From Hypomesus transpacificus (Eukaryota), in the NCBI RefSeq assembly GCF_021917145.1, contig NC_061076.1, positions 13,160,768 to 13,224,767 on the forward strand: DNA of 64,000 nucleotides. The letters are read 5' to 3'. The notes under the pieces were generated by a model. That model made no database searches, had not been told where the DNA came from, and saw nothing but the letters and a program-made list of their open reading frames with translations. How positions within the stretch are numbered: the stretch's first letter is position 1; every line of letters starts with the position of its first letter. This document shows, one piece after another, positions 12,541 through 24,727 of this stretch. Made by a program: the position numbers and the translations under genes.

Positions 12541-13470
12541 TAGATTAGTTTCATAATTCAGTTTCATGATTCAAACAAATTTAACAGGATCCAAACAAAC
12601 GTAACACGATTCATACTAACATAACACGATTCAAACAAACGTAACACGATTCAAACAAACGTAACACGATTCACAAATGTATTTCGTGATTCACAATTGT
12701 AACGCGATTCACAAATAAATGACCCTATTACATTCGTTTGCAACCTGACAAACACAAGTTACAAATCCTTGCATTCGTTGGTGTGAATCCTTGCATTCGT
12801 TCGTGTGGATTTTTGGAACTTTCCTGACGCGCTTTGATCCACAAATGCATTTTTTCTAAAAGATATCCTCAGCAGCCTATCAGATCGTCTCTTCCAATTT
12901 TAGCCAATCACATTAACGTGTCTATGTGGACTTCAACAACCTGCCATAATGACGGACATCGTCTCCTTCAGATCATGAGCAATGTCGTCTGGTAGCATGT
13001 AGGTGAAATATTGCTTGTTAATCTTATTAAACCGATGATCATACCTGATTAAATATTGTTGAGAATGGCAGGATTCATGTTTAGTCATTTTCCGTGTTTC
13101 CTAGACTAACGCAGAGCCCATCTACCCATATTAGACATTTTCCGGTGATTGGCTAAAATTGGAAGAGACGATCTGATAGGCTGCTGAGGATATCTTTTAG
13201 AAAAAATGCATTTGTGGATCAAAGCGCGTCAGGAAAGTTCCAAAAATCCACACGAACGAATGCAAGGATTCACACCAACGAATGCAGGGATTTGTAACTT
13301 GTGTTTGTCAGGTTGCAAACGAATGTAATAGGGTCATTTATTTGTGAATCGCGTTACATTTGTGAATCACGAAATAAATTTGTGAATCGTGTTACGTTTG
13401 TTTGGATCGTGTTAAGTTTGTTTGAATCGTGTTGCGTTTGTTTGTTTGAATTATGAAACTAATCTAACTC
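12541..13470. mobile_element. MITE-like non-autonomous DNA transposon with ~370-bp terminal inverted repeats that contain short tandem aacaaacgtaacacgattc units; absent from the paralogous copy at ~33.9 kb
   Basis: 12541 tagattagtttcataattcagtttcatgattcaaac... is reverse complement of ...gtttgaattatgaaactaatcta at 13447-13470; related fragment at 58230-58310. Confidence 0.65.
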
Positions 13471-13489
13471 CATAGTCGGCTGGTTACGT

Positions 13490-13860
13490 TATTTTGTGAC
13501 CTGTGGACAACGCTGCCGCAACGTTGTACCTTGGTCGGCCGGTTACGTAATTTTTTGGTCCCATGGACAACGTTGCCGCGACGTTGCACCTTGGTCGGCT
13601 GGTTACCTTATTTTTAGACCTGTGGACAACGTTGCCGCGACGTCGTACCTTGGTCGGCTGGTTACGTTATTGTTTGGTCCCATGGACAACGTTGCCGCGA
13701 TGTTGTACCTTGGTCGATTGGTTACGTTATTTTTGGTCCCGTGGACAACGTTGCCGCGACGTTGTACTGTGTTCGGTTGGATGTTATTTTTGGTCCAGTG
13801 GACAACGTTGCCGTGACGTTGTACCTTGGTTGGCTGGATACATTATTTTGGTACCATTAA
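13490..13860. repeat. 59-bp tandem satellite (ggtcccatggacaacgttgccgcgacgtcgtaccttggtcggctggttacgttattttt) x ~6
   Basis: Direct reading; same array at 33840-34380. Confidence 0.85.
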
Positions 13861-14027
13861 GTTGCTGTTAAGTCGCTCTTTGGTCGCAGGACGCAGGATC
13901 TCGAGTGCAATATAGAGGTTTATCCAGAGATGGAGAGATCACACTGGACTGCTCTCAGTTCTGACACTAGTTTAGCTATAGTCTACATGAATTCCAATCA
14001 CACACATTATTAAATGTTGCACCCAGC

Positions 14028-15155
14028 ACAAGGGCTGGGCGGTATGACGGTATATACCGTGCAACGGTAGAAATGTGTCTACCGGGAGAGATTTGGCTAT
14101 ACCGTTTCAACCGCGGTATACTTTATACTATATTTTTGTATTACACGTGTCAATTAACTGTCTGGTTTTTGCATTGTATATAAGCCATCATCAGCCATCG
14201 CGTTCTTGCGATATTTAGATTTGTAGTTTAACTTCTATTTGATTTGCTATTTTCGTTTGACCTGAAGCACATTTGCGTTGGTCTGACGGAATTTTTGATG
14301 TGGAGTGTATTTTGTCTAAGCGGACTGCATCCATGCCAATGCTAATTACTTATATATTTGATGTCCCATTCTGCAGGTAACCAATTCGATTTGTTGTTCA
14401 AGTTTAATGTCTCGCGCTGTAAAATTCTCGTTGTAAAATTACACTGGTGGCGTTGCTAGCATTCTTGATCTAGGACAGGGGTAGGCAACCCAAAATGTTG
14501 AAAGAGCCATATTGGACCAAAAAAACAAAAAACTATTCTGTCAGGAGCCGCAAACAAATTGAAACCCTAATATAAGCCTTATAATGAAGGCAACACATGC
14601 TCTAAGTGTCAATATTAGCTATATTAGCCTATTATCAAAATGATAAGTAGGCTACAAATACATAATAAACATTCATTAAAAAAGCGAGCTAGCTTCCGTT
14701 ACCTAGCAACCTAGCATAACACTCGTAGCAATGCTACTTCCTGCTAGTGTTACTTGTTAGCCTCCTCATTGTAAAATTTGAAGCCATATGATAAAGTTTG
14801 CATAGTCGATAAGATAGATAGGTACTTTATTAACCCCCGAACGCAAATTATTGTGTCCAGGTAGACAGATAGCTAGAAAGCTCACGCAGTCCAGAAAATC
14901 TTTAATCGATAAGTTGGATATTGTAGCCACAGTACAGTTTGAGTCTTTTGTTTTTAACTCAATTGTTGTCTCATGTGACAGTTGTTTTTGTCTGTAATAA
15001 ATCAATAATAGTGTGATGATGTACGGTATGGTTATTTTGTACCATTTCTTAATTGAATTTACAGAACAATTACTATACCGTGATATATACCGTAACCGTG
15101 ATATAAAATTACTCACACCGTGATAGAAGATTTTGGCCATATCGCCCACCACTAC
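14028..15155. mobile_element. hAT-like non-autonomous element (TIR (t)agggctgggcg..; internal caggggtaggcaaccc MITE-like segment); present only in duplication copy 1
   Basis: 14031 gggctgggcggtatgacggtatataccg vs rc of 15125-15155 gggctgggtagtggtgggcgatatggcc; same TIR family as 26431/30560. Confidence 0.45.
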
Positions 15156-17274
15156 CCAGCCCGTATAAATGTAGACAATGCACGTAGCCTAATTCATGTG
15201 CTGCTCAGCCCCAGCATGTCATTGGTAATCAATTTTCTCATATGCAGAAACATAGCTTTAATTTAAAAAAAGACTGAATTTGGAATATAATTTAGTCTTT
15301 CATTCTTTACTATAAACATGTACAAAAGCAATCAATGTGTGATGTGTAACATGATTGAGCAAACATTCTTTGTATAGCACACCAAAGCTGTATGACAAAC
15401 AATACAAATTTGTGCTCAAATAATTTTGTAATACAAAATTGTTAAATGTGACCGAAAGGTATGCGACTCTTAAGAGTATCATTTCCAAAGACAAGTCATC
15501 ACAGAATATTACAATTCTTCCTTAGCAAACCTGCCCTTCAGTCTGCCCCTGAGCAACAACTTTGCGCATGCCCATTTCAACGCATCGCTGAAATTGAAGT
15601 TTCAGAAGAGATTTTGCAGGGGTTCAACCGCATTGGATTTCAACTGGAAATTAGCTACTTCAAAGGTGAGGCTTCTTTACAGAAATTGTTTTAAATATAT
15701 AAACATATTTTCAGAAATTGATGGGGCATTCTATAACGTATAGGTTGAAATTGAGGCTATTTAGACTGTTAATGTGCTATCAGATTCACATTGTTTACGT
15801 TAGGATGTCGCTAGCTACAGTAGAGGTTAAACCCTCCAGAGGTTTATGTTGAAATACTGATTATACATGTTATAATACTTTAATACATGTTGTTAAAGTT
15901 TAGTGTCTCCCAAATATCCCAGAAGAATCAGTGAAAATAAACGTTCAGAACTGTTAGAAAACCTTGTCCTAAAATAGTTATTTAGCCCTGAATTTTCAAA
16001 GACTGGAGCTAGAGCGTGGCTAGCTCCAAAGCAATGGTGTCTATAAAAGTGTCATGTCACTAATTCTTCCAAATTGTACATTACATCTGTTTTGGATACG
16101 TTTATTTGTTTTAACCTTTAGATGCGTGAGTTCTAAATATTTCCGACGTTTCCACCAGAGTGAGTTATTTTTCCAAAACGGAAGCTAGGTAGCTTTAATC
16201 TTCCTTTACCTAGCAACCTAGCATAATCCTCGTACCAATGTTACTACTTGCTAGTGTTACTTGTTAGCATACTAATTGTAAATTTTGAAGCCATACTATA
16301 GCGTTTGTCATATAGTTTTTGTCTATCGAAAAATAGTCGGTTGGAATGTTCAGAATCACACATGTGCGACGCTACGCTGTGGGGCCCTGCCTTCAAACGA
16401 TCACATGTGCGATATGCTACTCCTTTCATATCAATATACTAATACTATGTACGTAGGCTAAACTACATTCCACTTTCATTTCTGTACAGGTTATCCTACC
16501 ACCGTCACACGGCCTAGCACTGTGTCCCTAGGAAATTATGGTAAAGTAATGAATGGCCGTTTATAACATTGAAAATAATTGTATGAGCCATGGCAAAGGC
16601 TATGTTTTGAAGCAAAAGCATGACTTTAAACTTTTGAATCACCAGATACCATACCCCTAGGTGTCAACTCTGGTCTGGTGGAGGAGAACCCATAGGGGGC
16701 CCAGGAAAACAGCTGGCAGCCAGGCAAGTGCAAATATAAGACACTATATAAAATACTTAAAAGCTTCTCAATAGCATTGCCAACTCATTGTAAGGCATAC
16801 ATAAGTTGTTCCGATCGTGGCGTGGGGATACATATTTGTCAAAACAACAAATGTTGTCATACTAATGCTTTGTATACAACCATTCAAGGTAACATTTGTT
16901 ATTTACATCAATGTTACAGCTAATCTAGACGAACCACAGTGTATGCCAATCATGCTAACTCTTGTAAGCTTGTTTTACTGGTCTTTAATGACAGACACAT
17001 TACAGGTTATGCACCAGAAGATGGAGACATAGGAGGAGAACCAACGAGAGGTTCTCCTATTCAGGCGACTACAGGACAGACACTGAAGAGGTGCCAGTGA
17101 TGGACCTACGGGTGGCCTAAACACAGTCTGAACTACAAGACCGTGAAGAGCGCCTTAAGGTGCTTTAGTTCCGAAAGAGAGTGGTAGGTGTTACGAAATG
17201 CCATGAACTATGGCTTACACGCAGCGTTCAACGCTCAAATTGATGCTAACGATAAGTTCATGTTCTAATTGCAG

Positions 17275-17377
17275 ATGCTGTGATGAAGTGGAAGACGGGA
17301 CTGGGAGAGAAGGCTGTGGAGCTCCTCATAGCGGACACACTCAAACACGCCCCGGCAGCCCATTCAAAACAAGCCAG
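17275..17377 (+). other. putative internal coding exon of an unidentified (probably decayed) gene: ..AVMKWKTGLGEKAVELLIADTLKHAPAAHSKQA(R)
   Basis: ttctaattgcag acceptor, gtgaatg donor, open in one frame, phase-compatible with next exon. Confidence 0.3.
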
Positions 17378-17572
17378 GTGAATGAATCATGATTGCAGCT
17401 TCCATATCCAACCTTTCACATGGCTATGTGACAAAAAACGAGAATCCCGTTATCTTTTTTTGATGAAGTATATTGTTCTAGATGTGATTTTTTTATGACT
17501 TGTATAGCCCCTTTCGCACGTGCAATTATGTTGATAGGACAATAACTTATTTTGTGCTTCATTGTCAGGGCC

Positions 17573-17642
17573 ACAGACAGGATCTGTAGCGGAGACTGGC
17601 AGAAGATTTTCATTCACTGTTTGGCACTTTGTTTGAAATAAA
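17573..17642 (+). other. putative terminal exon (R)ATDRICSGDWQKIFIHCLALCLK* followed immediately by AATAAA
   Basis: cattgtcag acceptor at 17564-17572; phase 2->1 join with previous exon gives AGG; stop TAA overlaps aataaa at ~17637. Confidence 0.3.
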
Positions 17643-17822
17643 AAAGACTGAATGTTGCATGGAAATGCTGCCTTATTTATGCTTGAGTTAGGCTACACAT
17701 CACACATAATCCTCCTAAAGTTGGCTACCATGTAGCCTATTATACAAGAACAAGTAGCATTTTGGGCATAAGCAGTAGAATTGAGAAATGTAGGTTAGTT
17801 AATTGACGTTGCAGTTACGGAC

Positions 17823-18389
17823 TAGCCTGGCTCTGCCCTCCTACATACTTCCGCTCAATTTAGATTTCGCTTCTGCACTAGGTCTGGGAGTTTGGCTTTG
17901 AAGTCGGTTTTCTTCAGAAAAAATTTTTTGTAAGTCCAATCAGCGAACAGAGGGAGTGGCTGAGAACGATGACGTTAATGTCGTGCACTAGTTTGAGTAG
18001 TTCAGTAATGGCGGCGGAGAAAGATGCGACCGAAGCTATTCTGCGGTTGTGGCAACGCTGCCGAATATCCATAAGTTATAGCCGGTGCAAGAACATTGCT
18101 AACTGAGATTTGTTGTTGGCCATGATGTCGTGGCCCTCCTCCCCACGGGGTTATGGAAAAGTTCCATTTTTTCCAGCTACGGCAGCTAGCTCCGTTACAG
18201 CAGTGGTGAAGGAGTTGGCTAAGGTGAACGCTAGCGATTGGTCATGGCAGATCAGAGTGGCTCTGGGCAGATCCAATAGTTTTAAACTTCAACAGTACCC
18301 GCCTTCAAGGAAGTTAACGCTTGTCAATAGAGCGATCCCAGACCCTCTGTACAAATGAAATGTACAAGGGTCTGGTTAGGACCAGGCTA
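17823..18389 (+). mobile_element. 567-bp non-autonomous DNA transposon (TIR TAGCCTGG...CCAGGCTA, 9-bp TSD GTTACGGAC) carrying CCAAT+CRE promoter and ORF with RecQ-like helicase motif I (frameshifted in this copy)
   Basis: TSD gttacggac at 17814-17822 and 18390-18398; empty site gcagttacggactagcaacgtcac in paralog at ~38010; ccaatcag and tgacgtta upstream of ATG at 18013; MAAEKDATEAIL... Confidence 0.7.
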
Positions 18390-18751
18390 GTTACGGACTG
18401 GCAACGTCACAAAATTACGTTGCTAGGAGCTCCTTTAGAGCATAGAAGTAAAGGAAAAAAAAACTTTTTTGAAAACTCATGTTTTTATTGGTATTTTTTC
18501 ATGTCCATTACAATGGACGCCAGGACTAAATGAGCGTAAAATGCCATGAAAACTTAGTTTTACATAGGCCATGTTTTTAAGATGGGAATCATGTAACAGT
18601 GGAACCTCCAAACACAATTAAGTTGATTATTATCTTATTATCTTATCGTATTGTTATACTTTTAATATTGTAAGCTAATAACAGATCACACAACTATTAA
18701 ACAAATGGAAAATAACAAAAATACATCTCCCGGATTTTCCCATATATTCTC

Positions 18752-20397
18752 TCATTTGCGATGAGCAGCCTTAAAACAGTTTCGGTGTGGCACAAAGCAA
18801 AGGTGGATGTTGCATTTGTCACAGAATACACGTGTTTTTCCTGTGCAGTATGGCCTCTTGCACCTGGTGGCCTCTGTCTTCTCATCATAATTTGGCATGT
18901 GGTCAACCATATCATACTGCACTTCAGGTAGAGGTCTTGCATCTTGAACTCGTGGTCTGTGGGCATGTGGTTGTGGCTCTGGAGACATACTGGGCCTTTC
19001 ACGTTTTGATGCCACTGGTTTATGGACACTCACCAGACACCGGGCCACATTCATCTTGAAATGGAGGAGATCCAGGGTGTCTTTTGTCTGGAGATTGGCC
19101 CTCTTGGCATCCAGCCTGTACTCCAGCCAACTGTTGACGACAGCCAAATCACAAGCGTGTGATCATTCTCAGGGTCCACTTTCTTGACCGAATTTCTGTG
19201 CGGTACAGACTGACAAGTTGATGAAGTAGGTCAACACCTCCCATCGCTTCATTGTACAGCTTGACCACCTCTGGAAGGGACACCTTCAAAAATCTTTTCT
19301 GCTTTTTATCCCACCGCTGCACCTCATCCATCCTGCTAACACCAACAAATTTGGAGGCCATGACAACTGATCTGCTGTCAAACCATTTGACCAGTGCGAC
19401 CTTACCATCACGGCTTACAGCTTCATCGCAGCTTCCTCGTGGCATTTTTGTCATCACTTTGTCGGACTGTAGAGGAGGGTTGGACAAGCGACAGATCCTT
19501 GCTGTTCCAGCGGCATGAATTTTCCTCTCAGCCAGCAGTTCCAGAATATTGTATGACGTGAAATAATTGTCAAAATACAATTTGTGGTTGGCCTCTGTGA
19601 TGCGCTGGCAGAGATGGTACACCACTCCAGCTCCAAGTCTTAGCTGCGTCTTCAACTGCTTTGACACTTCCATTGTAGCCCCTTGATGCAGCAGGAAGTC
19701 ATAGGCCATGCCACTTTTCTCACACAGGAAGTATAATTTCACCCCCCAAGGGTATGGCTTGCCTTTAACATACTGCTTGACGGAGAGAGCTCCACGAAAT
19801 GGCACCATTTGTTCGTCAACACAAAGGTTTTCCTCTTGTGGAAGCTCCAAGCATCTCCTGCGCAGGGCATCAAAGAGAGGACGTACCTTATAAAACACGT
19901 CATTGTTCTCTGCTGGCCTCTCCAAATTGTTAACCAAATGCAAATGTGACCGAAGCTGGAAGAATCTGTCACGGATCATAGTGTTACGAAAAATACCAAT
20001 GTCCATCCCGGCTCCCCAGTACATGGAGACTCTTGGCATTTTCATCACGCCCATAGCAAGGTGGAGACATTTACATTACATTACATTTACATTTATGCAT
20101 TTAGCAGACGCTTTTATCCAAAGCGACTTCCAAGAGAGAGCTTTACAAAAGAGCATAGGTCACTGATCATAACAACGAGGTAGTCCCAAACATTGCAAGC
20201 AGCCAAAACATGAAGCATACATTGTGGAAAACTAAACAAGTGCCAAGGAGACCAATGAGGGTTCTGAGTTCTCCTGAACTGGTGGGTTTGAAACCTAGTG
20301 TGCCACTTTGCATTGCATAGATGTTGGTGCTGTCAGACCAAATCAGATCGAAGAGTTCATCTGGTACATACGGTTTGAAGTATTCGTATGGGCTCAT
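18752..20397 (-). pseudogene. piggyBac-family transposase (DDE_Tnp_1_7 + C-terminal CRD zinc finger), frameshifted and interrupted by a SINE-tail insertion
   Basis: ORFs 20167-20397 (N-term ELFDLIWSDSTNIYAMQ), 19149-20054 (core ...NYFTSYNILELL...GTARICR...), 18752-19147 (CKRPYCTGKTRVFCDKCNIHLCFVPHRNCF). Confidence 0.7.
20055..20235 (+). mobile_element. SINE/LINE-tail repeat fragment (catttagcagacgcttttatccaaagcgacttcc...) inserted inside the piggyBac ORF; same family at 62281-62455
   Basis: Near-identical 180-bp string at both locations. Confidence 0.7.
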
Positions 20398-23393
20398 GGG
20401 ATGTCGGTCATAAATGAGATGATTCTCAAAGGAAGTATCAATGATTGTGGTGAATGGCCTATGGCGCCACTTTATCTCAACCTTCCTGGTTACTGTAATC
20501 TGCTCATGGACATCTTCCTTTGTTCACAGTAATCTCTTCCTGATCCTCTGCCACTACACTTTCTTCTATCTCAACCTCAGCTGCCATCTCAAGTTCCTCA
20601 AGGATGCATGGAACCTCTTCACTGTCACTATTCTCTCTCCCTCGTCCTATCCAATAACAAAACAATTCGATTTATAACTATTTTTCCATAGTCATACAAC
20701 TTTGTACTATACTCTCAACATCTACACTTACCCTCTATCTCATTCCTGCTCTTATTTTCCTCATTTCCTGAATCCAAGCAGTCAAGATCAGATAACTTTC
20801 CATTTACAAGGTGATCTAGGAAGTCTGTGACTTTATACTCTAAAAGCACATGTGATAAAATGGGTTATATACCTAATATACATATATATATATACAATAT
20901 AAATCAATTGTGAAGTCACAGTTTAGCTATGAAATGCTTATAGGTATTTTTTTCTTTGCATGTAGACACTGACTAAATGTGTGCTGGCTAATATCTCTTG
21001 ACTCCCGATGTCCATTGGGATGGACATTAAACTTTTAAAAAATCCTGTAACTTAATTAAATTGAATATTGTCAAAATAACTTGAAATATTAACACTTGAA
21101 ATGGTTAAAATTATGCTGAGAGAAAATGTATTAGGCTAGCATGAACATGAATTAATTTTTTTAATGAAATATAGGCACTTACTCCTCCCGTCTCTCGAGC
21201 TTCAGAGCCATGCTTGTCTTGATTGATGTCTGAAGCACTCTCAGATCAAGTCAAAGGTCATTGCACCATTGTGATTGGATAATAAGGAACCAATTAATGA
21301 TAAGCATCATTCAAATAATGAAATCACCGATTTTCTATTGGTTTAGACCCAGAAATATGCAATGTCCATTCCAATGGACGCCAGGTCTGATCTATTTTCG
21401 GAAACAAGTCTGCGGCTGGGGCGTTAGCATCATGACATTAGCCTCTGTTGCCCGGGCGACACATACAACAGTGGTCTGTGATACATCTGTTTTAAATTGT
21501 TAAAATAAACATTACTCACAACTGAATCTTCGTTTTTGGATTTATTATACATTACAAGTTAAAAATGTGTAATGCCACTATCAAAGAGGCCATGGTGATA
21601 ACTCTGTACTCATTTACTGCACTGCTGGTAACCTACTAGTAGTACTGTAGATCTACTTTCGAAAACATTATCAACAATTTCACAGAGGAGTTAGCTCTAG
21701 CTGTTACCCCGGCACATCTCTGCGGTCCAGATATTCCTGTAGGCCTACAGAGCCTTAGAATTCTATGGCTCTGGGCCTACACTGCTCCGTCCTGTGTGAT
21801 TGAAATTACGACCTGAGCACCAGAGAATCATTTATGGCAGACCTGGGCATTGTACGGCCCGCGGGCCACCGTCTGTCCCAATCCGGCCCGCGTAAGGTAA
21901 ATCAAAAATTAAAATAAATGTGTTGAGCGGTAGTAAATATGTAGTCCTGAAAGACTAGTGATCAGGAAATTTACATATGTGTGCTTGCGCAACCTCACCG
22001 ACAGGGGAATTAGCTGTTGGTTAGCCCTCGAAAATGAAAAACGAAAGGTTGATACAGAATGTAGAGGTTTTAACAAGACATGGACTTCTAAGTATCCGTT
22101 TACTGGGGTCAAAGTCAAAGCTGTGTTCTTAGTTTTGGAGAACAGGTCGCTGTGTTGAAGGATTACAATTTGACTCGGCACTAAGGGACTAAAGAAAAAA
22201 ACTAACGGACATAATAAGAACTTGACTGATTCAGTGGGCGCGGGCTTATGGTTTGCTAGTTAAATTGCATACCCGGATCATCACCTGTCAGCTGTCCTTC
22301 GCACATCAATTTAACTAGGTGGATAAGCGGCATATCCTCCTCAGACATTCAGCCAGATATCGATGTACTTGTTCAAGCCCACTGGATTCCTCTCACTGAA
22401 CAAAATGAACTGAGAAAAACGTATTTCTTTTTGTATAAAGTTGATCAATTGCATATCTTTAACATAGCCTACTGCAAAACTTTTCAGTGTTTGTGAAGAT
22501 TAACTAGTTGAAAATAAAATGAAACACTGATGTAATGATTATTTTAGTTGTTACTGTTACTTCGATAGTCTTTTCCTAGTTGACCAACATGTAAAATATT
22601 TATATAAATGTTTACAGAATATTCTTATTCTTCTGATAACCAGTAGCAGCTAATCAAAATATATACTTTACTGCTTTTTAAAATGGGGGAAAATGAATAG
22701 TGAGCAGAATTAAGTTCAAGTTATTGTTGGGTCACTCCAACATATTTCTGGTTTCTCATGTGGCACCTTGTCAAAATTAATTGCCTACCCCTGAGTTACG
22801 GAGCTTGGCCATGGAGCTAACCCATGGAGCTAACCCTTGGAGCTAGGATTTTGATGCTATGGAGAGTGTGGCAAACTTGGTTTAGCCAAGGCCAAAGGGC
22901 AAGAAAGCCAAATTACAGGTGTTGGCCATCTGAAGGGTATGCAACAGCAAGGGGGAACCGCTATAAGACTTTGAGCCATAAAATGTTAGGTCTCAATTCA
23001 GGGAAGCACTTTTAAACAGTAGCACTTTCTATTTTGAAATGTTTTATTTTGCTTGTAATGTTTTAGTTTGGCAGCTCAGTGAAGCACTTAAAAAGATGTA
23101 TATTTTTATATACAGTTTGATTGTGCTTCAAATAAAACCAATATTTACCTACACCTTATTCTTGTTTAAGATAATTTACATAATATATATGAATGTATAT
23201 GGAGCGTGATAAAAAGGTGACCTTGAAATTGTGGCGACGCAAGGAAAAATTAAAATTTTGTGCTGGTGCACCTAAATAAAAAAGTTAGGCGCACCAGTGC
23301 AACCAAGGGAAAAAGTTAGGCTGGAGCCCTGTGTATATCATTTGTAAAAATGTCAGTAAAAAAACTGACCCATATGCAACCGACGCAAGTACA

Positions 23394-24727
23394 CCCCACA
23401 ATTTCCCCAGAAATTGTACCCTCTCTAGTTGCATTAATAATTGCATTGCAGGTCGATTTGTAAGGTGTCTTTATTTTTTTACCTGACTTTTTCAGTTCCT
23501 CCAGGCATCTTTTCGTCCGTCCATTTTATTATTTTCGCATCATCTTCATCTTGCTAACTCCCTTCCACAACAATAAATGACGGTTTAGGGTTGTCTCGAT
23601 GGCAACAACCTTGGTACACGCACTTGTGTTTGAGAAAGAGAGCAACTGCAAACGGCACTTTTTAATGCACAGTCTGATCATGCGTTTATTTAAATTAAAA
23701 CCTAGTGTAGCTTCACATAGTAGCAGTCACATAGTAGTTAACAAACTTAACACATATAGTATTTGGTGTGTGACAAAAACAAAAGAGAAAGCAGGCGATC
23801 TGCTGGTCCAATATATGAGCGGGCAGAGCGGCCTATCGGGAATTCTACTTTTAATCTTTTAATCCATCTTTTAAAAAGTCACAGTATAAAAAGCAAAATG
23901 AAAATTCAAAGTACAATATTTGTGTCCAAGATGCAGTGGACTACAAGTATAAAACAGCAGACAATACTCAAGTAGGCCTACTTATTATAGCCTAATTAAA
24001 AACTTATCATTACAGTCCACAAATGACCCATGATCACTCATCTTTTTTGTAAAGCTTAAGGCAACAGTTGTTATACTTTGCAGCTAACATTTCACAAGCA
24101 TGTGAGAGTAGGTGGATTTTATAGTGCTGCTTAATCATATAAATGATTGATCTCCCAACTGGCACTGTATTATTGACTGTTGTAACGTAAAACAGCAACC
24201 ATCAAACAAGAGTTTGATTATATATTAAGCTGTTCTTGTCTTTACTAAAATCAAAACTAATCAAAGGACTGAGTGCTCTTGCAAATGAAGCGATTTGACT
24301 TTTGGCTAATGTAATAGACTCACAGTCTACACAGACATACATTACATTCATTACCAATGTAAATATAAGTTAAACGTGTGTTTAAACTTCACCTGGGGAA
24401 ACTGCAGTGCCACCGCACCGCAGCAGACTAGCTGAGCCAGCTCTGCACGTTTGATGCAGGGGGCTATTTTAGGGGCAGGGGGCTAAGAATACGTTTAATA
24501 TAAATAATTTAATTGTTCACTTTTGGTAAATGTATTGTTCAGTTCAATGTTTTGAGAAGCTTGTGGACACAGTGGCAGTTTATTTTTGCAAATACAGCTT
24601 TTGGATCACCAAAGTTAGGGGGGCAGCTGGGGGGAAAGGCTCTGGAGTGGGGGGGGCAGCTGCCCCATGTTTAAAACAAAATAAACTAGAGAGGGTACAA
24701 TTTATGGGGAAATTGTAGGGTGTGCTC
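23394..24727. repeat. unclassified 1.3-kb segment bounded by ~40-bp inverted repeats
   Basis: 23394 ccccacaatttccccagaaattgtaccctctctagtt vs 24686 aactagagagggtacaatttatggggaaattgtagggtg. Confidence 0.4.

Larger units (their letters stand above)
15160..17822 (+). repeat. segmental duplication copy 1 (paralogous to 34400-38030); whole duplicated block approx 12410-18440
   Basis: Long stretches of ~90% identity read by eye (e.g. ataaatgtagacaatgca...cagccccagcatgtcattgg...; acacattacaggttatgc...; ...cattcaaaacaagccaggtgaatgaatcatgattgcagcttccatatcc). Confidence 0.85.

Noticed and set aside
12541-13860. Tandem direct repeats that could superficially resemble a CRISPR array
   Set aside because: This is a eukaryotic genome with spliced genes and SINEs. 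The repeats have no unique spacers, and the units are satellites or TIR-internal tandem repeats.
13490-13871. ORFs 13496-13816 and 13563-13871 (also 33846-34433) with repetitive peptides (GRLVTLF..WTTLPRR)
   Set aside because: These are translations of the 59-bp tandem satellite and periodic by construction, not genes.
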